A stretch of 47,215 nucleotides of DNA from contig NMRA01000099.1 of NCBI GenBank assembly GCA_002633005.1, positions 492,684 to 539,898 on the forward strand, given 5' to 3'. How positions within the stretch are numbered: the first letter of the stretch is position 1; each line of letters opens with the position of its first letter. This stretch comes from Phoronis australis. Taxonomy: Eukaryota > Animalia > Phoronida. The position numbers were made by a program, and so were the translations under genes. Of this stretch, positions 38,210-47,215 are shown one piece after another. The notes beneath the pieces were generated by a model. It had not been told where the DNA came from. It searched no databases and worked only from the letters and a program-made list of their open reading frames with translations.

Positions 38210-38975
38210 CAGTGGAGGATTTAGAGGGGGGCCAAGGGGGCGTGCCCCCCTTAAAACTCTCCAGATTCCATTTGGCAATTTGGGAGGGTGCGAATGTCTA
38301 ACGGGGAAAATCCTAGTTAATACTCTGCCTGCCCCCCCCCACTAAAAATCCTGGATTCACCCCTGCACCACATATCAAAAGCATGTTCAATAACTGAGAC
38401 ATTCGCCTGCTCGCTCGAAATCACTCTCGTTAGCCAGCCGTATGACACCACTGGGAGAATCATGCAGTCAATTCAGATTTACGTTATGAAAAACTTCCAA
38501 TTGCTTTGATCCCTGCTTTCTTACATAATCAGATGTTTGTCTTCCATTCAATGGGGGTAACATTATGTCGAGCGTCCTTTATTGTACTCAGTGTATTTGC
38601 AAGCCAACTGCAATTTAGAATAGATAGTGTCTGCGAGCTCGCGACATTGGATATTCACGGGATTTTGTCAGCAGTAAGCGCAGAACACTCGGGAGAGGAG
38701 ATTATGGAAAGCCAACTTGTTCATTTGAGAACGTGTGCATTGCACAGTTCATATGGGTGTAATACACTCGTGAAATCACTGATAGCGCATACCACTGTCA
38801 CGGCGCCACCTATTTGGTTACGTACCTTGCGTTGCACTGAACACGCCCAGATCCAACAAACACCAGACTTCAGTCATACCAAAACGTGTTCCTTATTAAA
38901 ATGACGTCTGACGGCCAAAGTTCTGGAAAATACTCTGGCCCCCCCTCCCAACTCAAAATCCTGGATCCGCCCCTG
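38210..38975. mobile_element. hAT-type non-autonomous element (CAGTGGAGGATTT...AATCCTGGATCCGCCCCTG), with an internal second 3' end at ~38365
   Basis: Typical CAG(T/G)GGCGGAT termini; flanks GGAGT/GGGGT match at 4 of 5 positions. Confidence 0.5.
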
Positions 38976-41669
38976 GGGGTACTGTGTCACTATGAAGTCG
39001 TAAATTAACGACTTTTTAGTACGATCAGTCTAAGTTTTGACGTAAGTCTCCGTTGACTGGCTCTGCGACGTTTTGGTGAAATAGGCTCCGTGTTCAGTGA
39101 CGAAGGGTTTTGTGTATGGTAAGTTTTAGGTTGTGCTGTGAGTGGTAAGGATGCGCGTGCGTGGTAACCACTAGAATTTACTTCCTTTATTAAGCCAAGA
39201 CGGCAATGTTCTGTGTGTCAAGCTGTATGGTGTTCTTTGCAACACGGCAACACAATAGAAATTTTATCCTTTATTTCCACTGAAATCTTGCGCTCCACAA
39301 AACACCCATTTTGGTATCAAATTTTTAATTGTATACCATTTGATATTAATACCAGTTCATGGAGAGGGACCGAAGGCATCCATGGCTACTCTGTTCATGT
39401 CTTTCTTATCTTTAACATTTTTCTGAAGGGGCCCATGAGTCTCACGGTGAGAACCCTAATGATAGAACCAATTATCCAGTTTTTATGAAATCCTGCAATA
39501 ACTTTTGTTTAGGACGGTGACCCCCTGCTGAAAAGACTGTGAGCCGATGATGAAACCAACTGTCACTCTATTCTAGATGTTTAAATGAACCAGAATTCAC
39601 GTTTACGCGAAGAATTTCTGAAATTCTGTTGGAGGGAGATCCCCAAACCCCTTTGGAATGCCCCGTCTCCCGTGCTCTACCGGTTGCCCGTCAATGACTA
39701 TAGTGCACTGTACAATACTGCTTCCGGAATTGCCTGAAAATTCCATTCCGTGAATTATCGGTTTAAAAAGTCTTGTAAGTTAACAATATCGGCAGTTAAC
39801 TAAAAGTGAATGCTGTACGTGTCTAGTTTTTTTACATGTGACGGCCTAACGTGCCAGGGATATTCTCTTCTCTAGTGTCCGATAACCTGTAACTGCTTTC
39901 ATTTACACGTTTATGCACCTCAAGCTGATTTCTAGTTCTAGATAATTTTTGACTATCATGAGATAATCCTGTAAGAAATTTATGATCTTTCAGTCTATGC
40001 GGGAAAGTCTCTGTCATCCTATACCAAACAGTAAAGTGCACTAGATAATTTTTGCCAATCTGAAAGAACTCACTGAGAAGTTGCAGTAGTGTTTCGATGA
40101 ATTTTTAGTGATGAATTTCCGGCAGTTCAATAACATTCGCTCTCCTGCGGTTGGTAGCTTCTAGAAACTCGGGTACTCGTTTTCAACAAGGAATTTTGAA
40201 ACGGCCAGTGTATCAGGGACCACGCAACCGTTCCCTTTCACAGTATACCCCTTCAATTCATGGCCCCAAAGTGAATCTTGGCCGATCATATGATACAGGG
40301 CTCCCCGATAGGCTTTTTGTTTAATCACTTAAACCGAGCGAATCTAGAATAACAATTGAATATCTGTAGAAAACCCGTGTATACAAGGTTTTTGTTACAG
40401 GTGAAACAGGATCCTCCACCTTCACGATTAGGTCTAGTGTTGAAAAACTGTCAATACACTGGGTGTACTGTAACTAGATCACTGCGTGATGATGCAGCAT
40501 CGGCGTATTTGCAACCTCACGACTTCATACCGGAATTCTGGGGCCGGGATATTCCCATAGAAAAGTATACTGAACGTATAAGTCAATAGGGTGACTTTTT
40601 CGATATCAGTTTCGTCACGAAAAGGTACCATTTAAGATTTAATTCCCAACAACTAGGTTCACCATGGGAGTTTCCAACAAATCTACACAGAAGCTTTGAA
40701 TTTTGAAAACACGTATTTCTAAAATTAAGGTTTCAAAATAATGTACACTCCTGGGGGGAGGCAACAGTATGTGTCAGGTGTGGCCGGGAGACTCGATGAA
40801 TAAGTCACAACGGCCCTTTTTGAAGTTTACTCTCTAAATGTTTGTGTCGTTGTTCTAATTTTCCAGATGCACTTCCCGTCAGAACATAGTCAAATACCCC
40901 CGGGACTGAGTTGCACGTGAGTAACCGCGACGTCTTAATAATAATCGGAATCAATGCATCTTAAAATGAAGAAAATATAGCTACTGTTGGTAACACGATG
41001 CCATGCCACTAACCCTTGGTCGCACCGTGACGTTCTGCAGGCGGAGTTAATCTGCACTCGATAAGCGTATTTTTACCCCAAAACTCTGATTGTGCCATAT
41101 TTTACTGAAGCAGAAATCAAAAAAAAAACTTTCTTAACATTTTAACCCAGTACGTCTTGTCGTAAATTGGTTTCAACCGGCATAGAAAAGTCAACTTGGT
41201 TTCATCTGATGCCAAAGTAGTATGATTATTCTTGGCATTCTTATTGACAGTACAGAATGCCTTCCAAATTCACTTCTCATGACAACACTCCAACAGGTGA
41301 CTAATTGGCATCCTTCAAATTTCTCAGTGACACTATTGTAAGTGTGCTTAATATAAGGTGCCGAATGACTTGAAATCTCACATTAAAGGTGGATGGCTCA
41401 TGCAAAACGAGTCCACCTCAGGATCATTGCGTAAGTTTCTTAATGCCATATTTCCCTTTCGCTGAATGAATCGAATTTACGTATACGTTGCTATATACCG
41501 CGAACCCTTAGAGTTATTGAGCGACAAGAGCATGCACTGAAACGTTTGCCGCTTATCACAAACTGTTTTAGTCTTTGTATTATATCCGAGTCACTTAAAT
41601 TTCAAATAGCAAAATCTGCTAAGATACTATACAATGACTCCCAGCTCAAGTTAAGAAGCGAAAACATAC

Positions 41670-41782
41670 TTAACAAATATGTTCATTCCCACAGCGTCAA
41701 AGGTCGCCCCGGAGTTCTTCACGGTGCTCCAAGATGTTTCTACTAAGGAGATATCCTTGTCAGTAACCTCCGCCTGTGTCAT
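41670..41782 (-). CDS. Globin coding exon 1 (MTQAEVTDKDISLVETSWSTVKNSGATFDAVGMNIFV)
   Basis: ataatcATG start with an in-frame upstream TAA; |gtatgt donor in phase 2 (B12.2); SW motif of helix A. Confidence 0.92.
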
Positions 41783-42399
41783 GATTATGAGCCTTCTATC
41801 CGTCTTGTGTGTCGCTTACTTGTAGTCTGTGTCCAGCTCCTTCTTTTTGTCTCTTAGGCAACTGCCGGTGTCACCTGCCCGAGAAAAAGGCGTGTTCCAA
41901 GGATTTGTGGGTAGTGTCAATCAGTCACCGGCTGTGACCACCTTTCTTACGTTGAGCCCAACACTCGTCGGACCCTGCCGGGATGATGTTCTTTTAACGT
42001 CTTTGTAACAGCTAACGTCTAGCCTATAGCCCACGTAAAGCCTATTATGATATTGAATAGAAATGTCTTAGGTCGAGTTCAAGAAAATTTCCTTTCATTC
42101 TGTCAATCGTTAATTTGTAGCTTGTATGCTGACATGTATGAAATTGAAAATAGGAAATCTTAGGACGGTACTTAAAAAGTTTAATGATGGTTTTAGAAAC
42201 AGATCTGTAGTTTGTGTTATACCAGACATTGCGTGAAGCTGGCCCGCCTGTTGGGACAACCGTGTATTCAGCTCAGAGCTCTGGCATTGATGTTTCTGTT
42301 TATGTATTTTTATACACGACCTGGAATTTGTTACGACACGACTGGTTAATAACACCGAGTACGTAATTTTTTTGATATTACATGGGCGAATGAAAAAGT

Positions 42400-44030
42400 A
42401 GTGCAAAGTAGAACTCTACGCCTTACACTTTATCGTCTGCAAAACACCAAAACAACCAAACGCGTGTCAACCAAACAATGCCCGGAATTACCGTGAAGGT
42501 GACAAGGTTATGATTGAAAAATCGGGTGTCGCAACTGTACGTACTCCCATTCGGAATGACATACAAACATATTCCTTTGTTGTGCATAAGTAGGGGCTTG
42601 CAGTTACACGAAAACGGGTAGTTTAAATCTGATAACTTTGAACTGCTGGGGTTTGAATAATGACTTGAAACGTCAACAGCTGTTTATCTATTTACGAAAA
42701 CAAATGGTGGATGTAGGGTTCTTACAAGAAACATTTAGTTATATTAAGTCCATCAATAGTTGGTGTCAACGGTGGTCATGTGAAATATATGCAATGCATG
42801 GCTCGGAACAAAGTAAGGGAGTAGCTATTCTTTGCAAGAAAAATTTAAATTTAAAAGCCAACAGTTTTTGGTGATAATGATAAGCGGTATATTGGAATCG
42901 AGGCGGAGGTTAGTGACTCTCCTTATGTTTTTTTGAATGTTTATTTCCCAAACATCAGTAGTGCCCAATTGTCTTTTTTGGAAAACATTTCTGCCGTTCT
43001 TGACAGATATATTAAGAACAACAATATAATTTGTGCAGGATACGTCCACTGCCCCTTGGCAAATATCGATAAACAAGGAATAAAAGATGTCAGTGACAAA
43101 CATATGGTTGTATCAAAAATTAATGATTTTGCTCAAAAGTATAATCTCTTTGAAGTATGGAGAAGTCAAAATCCAGGCAAAACGCAATTCACGTGCAATT
43201 TACACAGTAGAATAGACTTCTGGTTTCGCTCTAAGGTTTTAAAGTATCACCTTCAGTGTAAAATAAATAATGATTTTGTGCTCTCTGACCATTCTGTAGT
43301 AAAGTTAGTACTTGCACGTTCAGAGGCTATACCAAGAGGACCTGGGCGTTGGAAAATTAGCAATAGTCTTTTTGGCAATGAAGAATATGTCCACTGTCTC
43401 AAAAAAGTGACACATGCCAGTATGGAAAACAAGCATTTAAAATGGGAAATAATAAAAATGAAAATAACAGAATTCGCCATAGGATTTCCAAAAAGAAAAT
43501 CAAAAAGGGACAATGCTTTAGAGAATAGCTTAATAAATCAAATTAATGTCGTGGCTAGTGAATTAGCCACAGGCAAGGTAGATAAAAAACTGTACAGTTC
43601 TTAGAAATAGTTAAGTCAAAGCTGAAACAGCTGCAGTCTCATAGAATATTGGGTCAAATAATACGGAGCAAGATTCAGCTAATTGAAGAGGGGAAATGCG
43701 ATTCCAATTTTTGGCACTCAAGAAAAGAGAAATTTCAAAAATAAATGTGTCATTGTTATTAAAAATAAAAACGATGAAATCATCAAGAATAGTTTAGAAA
43801 TTGAAGCTGAACTGGTAGACTTTTTGTCTACTCTTTATGCCGCTGGTCACCGGGTTGATCAGAATATTACTCCTCCAAATCTCTTCAATCTTCCGAATAT
43901 ATTAGAACCTTGCGATGCAGATTTATTAGACAAACCACTGTCTGACGAAGAATTTGTTGAAGTATTAAATAACTCTGATAATAATAAGTCTCCAGGAAAT
44001 GATGAGCTCAGTTATAAATTCTACAAGTGT
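42400..44030 (+). mobile_element. L1/Tx1-clade LINE relic: ORF1 tail plus ORF2 APE endonuclease and linker, truncated at the start of RT
   Basis: LNCWGL, GFLQET, SKGVAIL, NVYFPN, SRIDFW, LSDHS, RGPGRWK, KWEIIK and NNKSPGND..KFYK, with frameshifts and stops; REGDKVMI (~42495) resembles an ORF1 C-terminus. Confidence 0.88.
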
Positions 44031-44455
44031 TCTCGAACGTTTTTTAGCAGATGGGGCTTGATGGTTGTCTTTATACTGCCCCGTCAGAACAGTTACCAGT
44101 TGAGCAGGGCCAGAACTCTTAGGTGCTCATGGAACAGGCTTGTCACGGAAATGCGGCTTTAGTGTGGCTTCGCGGAGTGACTGCAGCCTGTCGGAGACAC
44201 CCTGCATTCCGGCGAGTTCGTGCAGTATATCGGTTCGGGAAAATCTGGGCTGTACGAGAGCAATTCTCAGCGCCCAGTTTTGTATCCTTTGTAGTTTTTT
44301 GATTGGGGAAGGAGCACATGTTGACATATCGATTGCATCACATTCGAATAGGGGCCTGATGAAGATTTTATAGATCAGCAGTAGGCTGTCGCTCCTAGCG
44401 TCCCACCCTGTGCCCTTCAATCGATACATAACCTTGACTCTGTAGTCCATTCGAC
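44031..44455 (-). mobile_element. Fragment of a second LINE (I/Jockey-group RT thumb region)
   Basis: RLKGTGWDA..LLLIYKIFIRPLFE..KKLQRIQNWALRIAL..FSRTDILHELAG matches the L..WG..LYK..IRS.LDY..L..IQ..ALR pattern. Confidence 0.8.
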
Positions 44456-44457
44456 TG

Positions 44458-45612
44458 TAGGAAGCCTAGAAAATCACTTCCTTGGCCACTTTTTGGGGGC
44501 AAGATAATTTTGGTGTTTTTAAGGTCACTAAGTAGTATACTTTAAGAATCTAAAAAGTTCCCAAGGTTTGGCTAGCACGTTTCGAGAAATTTGACCTAAA
44601 ATATATGACTTTTTGCAAAATTTGACACAGAAAACCAATCTTCAAAAACCAAAAACACTAGACTAAAACTGAATGACAATCTGATTGAATTTTGTTCATT
44701 TGAAGTTATTGAACAAGGAAAGTGATAAAAATTATGACATTAGGCGGAAAATTGCTCAAAAAAAGAGAAAAGTAAAATTTTAGCAGCGCTTCCTGTTGGC
44801 CACAAAACTGTATTCTGAACTCCTACAAAAAGAACTATACTGTTAATCATTTAGAACTTGATAAAGATTTGACATCACAGCCTACATGTGAACACTATAT
44901 ATTTCCAATGATTTTGCAACAAATTTTCTGTCATCAATTTCATTAATTGTCATAATCAATTAACATTATCCCACATTGCAGTTCACTGTCAACTGTTACA
45001 GGGAACGACACACCGAGTAGTGTCAGTCATGAGCATGATAAAATGTTGTTCATATTTTCCATTAGGTTGAAAATTTAAAGTTCTTTAACAACATATCATA
45101 CACTTATTATGTTTCTTCTTCCACTCCATCATCATTTATATCATTATTGTCATCAAAAGTTGTTTTTTGACGAAGACACCGTGTTCACACAGTCTGGACA
45201 GTCACACAACTTAGAACGTGGCATGCCTGACTCCAAACAAGAGCACAGTTTTTTACTGCAACCACTTCTTTTACACTTGCCATTAACATTTTTCATGGCA
45301 TTTTCTGGGGCTAAAGGCAGAGTCATCCAGTGGAGCATCAGACTACCCCACTCCAAAAGCCACCCATTAGCAACTGGAGATGGCGCACTGACATGCTGTT
45401 GCAAGGCTCGTTTGTAAGTGGCACACTGGTAGTTTGCTCTTTTAGTATGTAGCAGCAAACAATCATGATGAGGAGGCAGATCACAGATTTCAACCTGACT
45501 ATGTGGTAGCGGGCTTTATTAACTGTTGATGACCCCCCGCACAGTTTGCATACAAACAGTCCAATGTCTTCCATGAGTTAACCAGGAAACACAAATTTTG
45601 AGCCCAACTTTA
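44458..45612 (-). mobile_element. 3' part of an Academ(X)-like DNA transposon: C-terminal region with Cys-rich (CXC/Cys8) finger, plus non-coding end
   Basis: FVCKLCG..VNKARY (frameshift) LHTKRANYQ..PSPVANGW..HWMTLPLAP..CKRSGCSKKLCSC..LCDCPDCVN at 45153-45574. The superfamily assignment comes from motif recall. Confidence 0.65.
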
Positions 45613-47188
45613 ATGGCAAAGACAAGGTTAAAAAAATATCTCTGCAAGCCTGCACCCTACCCAAAAAAAGTTTTGACAACCGGAATATCGTTTCATCTAA
45701 ACACCTTGTTACAGTAATCCTATTTAACTGAAATAGATAATCTTCACTTTAGCACACAGTATGGCCAAAAACTGAAATTTCATTTTGTCTAAGTGCTCAG
45801 CAAAAGTAAGCATTAAGAGAAATGAGCATCATTACTAGCAGTACATTGTAGATGTTTCGGTAGATCGGGTTGTCAGGATAGGCCTGAGTCTTACGCCTGA
45901 TTTTGCGTTTGAGTCGGATAAGCACCAGTGTGTCTGCTGAGCACCGCCATGTGAATGGGCTTATCTTCACAGTGGTACAGTTTTTATCCGCTTACCGCTT
46001 GTCGGCTGGAGTACGGAGTGGGATCTCCGTACATTCTATGTTAGTCTCCACATCCCGCTTAGGCAATGACCATCGCCTCTGTTGGCCCGAACCAGAGGCG
46101 ATGCAGAGGCTATAGGCGCCCTGTACGCCGGAAGCTTTTCGGCGAATTATGCCTCGCACCGACTAAACCATAAAGGTCACGTTGTTATAAATACCTTTTG
46201 CGCATACAGGAAAACCTTAGGAGGTTGTCGATGTGTTTAATTCCTTCCAACTCGAACAAATACTCCCATTATCAAACTTTTTCTTCGAGCAGTCCCTATT
46301 TCAGTTCCCAAAATCGTGAACTCACCATTTTTATACTGCGCACGCTCCAATTTTTACCGCGCTCGCTAGGTGATGTGACTTCATAGACTCTATTCACGCG
46401 GCGGCCATTAAAATCCAAAGCGAGGCTCACTGCGATAAACAAAGCGGAAATTTACATTGCGTGAGTTAAATGGCCGGTCTTTGGAGTCCAACCTGAATAT
46501 TAAATCTTAAAAATGTGTCAAAAATTAACCACAGAGACGTAGAAAAATACTGTTAAAGAACAAGTCAATGCACCAAAGAGTTGTCTGACGAAAGGATATA
46601 GCTTTTTTTTTCGGAAAACTAGGTTCGAAACATGAAAAGTAAACATGCCAAATTGCGGCGATCGTAGTGTTACGGATTAGGTATCATGCTGAATGCAGGG
46701 TAACGTTTCTTCTAATAAATTCTTGATAAAAATGCTTTCTACACGAACCAGGTCATCTGGTCGTATTGTTGAGGAGTTGAAGATATATTCGACAGTGGTG
46801 GCTCATAGCATTTTGCTGTCATGTGCAATTAGTCTCATCTGGTTTAATTTGTTGATCAAGAGTAGGCCTATTAGCTTCAAGCATAGCCTAGGTCATGGTC
46901 AGGTAGGCACTACCGGGACTAACAGCTGATTTGTAATGATCTGAAATAATACTTGAGGTTATTAAATATATATTTTGATTACGATGAAAACTAGGCTCGC
47001 AAATGAAAACAAAAATTATATGACCATCAATTCTGCTTTCTTGGTTTTAATAATTACGTCTATTTCATGTGTTATATTTTTCAAATATCAATCTCGACCA
47101 AGTTGAATTTTAAAATCAAAACCCTTAATTATTTCGTCCAAAGCATAACCTCGTTTTAAAGCTCAATTTCAGTTAACTGGACAGAACA

Positions 47189-47215
47189 CAGTGGCGGATT
47201 TAGAGGGGAGCCAAT
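47189..47215. mobile_element. 5' terminus of another CAGTGGCGGATTTAGAGGGG hAT-type element (runs off window)
   Basis: Near-identical to the terminus at 38210. Confidence 0.55.

Larger units (their letters stand above)
35930..41782 (-). other. Neuroglobin-like intracellular globin gene, 160 aa, 3 coding exons
   Basis: Spliced protein MTQAEVTDKDISLVETSWSTVKNSGATFDAVGMNIFVNLYKNYPYVRNGFQFMIGVGDSEDEYRSCVKLQNHARGVVEHVDKAVQLLSSGQVETLVDILKDLGQLHRDYGVGPDYFNEVGESILLTLQQALGDAFTSDVKQAWANIYGVIARTMAVGMAT. TrpA12, ProC2, PheCD1, HisE7 and HisF8 are present; introns at B12.2 and G7.0. Confidence 0.93.

Noticed and set aside
38506-38904. 132-aa ORF in globin intron 1
   Set aside because: Non-ATG start, no recognisable motif, and located inside a hAT-like element.
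45850-46165. 7SK, SECIS, HDV-like or twister ribozyme identity for the structured island
   Set aside because: Only partial motifs (CACATCC, ATGAC plus stem, GGCGAA). The required partners (5' GGATGTG, apical AA and GA-quartet register, L3/P1.1) are missing.

Overview
Eukaryotic, AT-rich, intron-rich animal DNA. The repeat types suggest a marine invertebrate, but the organism cannot be fixed from sequence alone. Two spliced genes were reconstructed by hand and face each other convergently. (1) AGXT2 (class-III PLP aminotransferase), + strand: 13 coding exons from 7655 to the stop at 22077, all GT-AG and phase-consistent; its first coding exon was not located. (2) An intact 160-aa neuroglobin-like globin, - strand: 3 coding exons (41782-41670, 37091-36854, 36061-35930) with the canonical B12.2/G7.0 introns. 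The rest is mostly transposon debris: a THAP-hAT transposase relic, L1/Tx1 and I-group LINE fragments, an Academ-like Cys-finger fragment, a Helentron-like (HINE/pearl) element, many MITEs (several with 5-bp target-site duplications), microsatellites and a diverged ~1.5-kb tandem duplication. I found no convincing novel multi-gene system. The best leads are an orphan intronless 153-aa ORF (25683-26144), a hairpin-dense GC-rich island with a TATA/Inr/donor layout (45870-46195), a 142-bp MITE family with exact 5-bp TSDs, and transposon-borne CTCF-like motifs.
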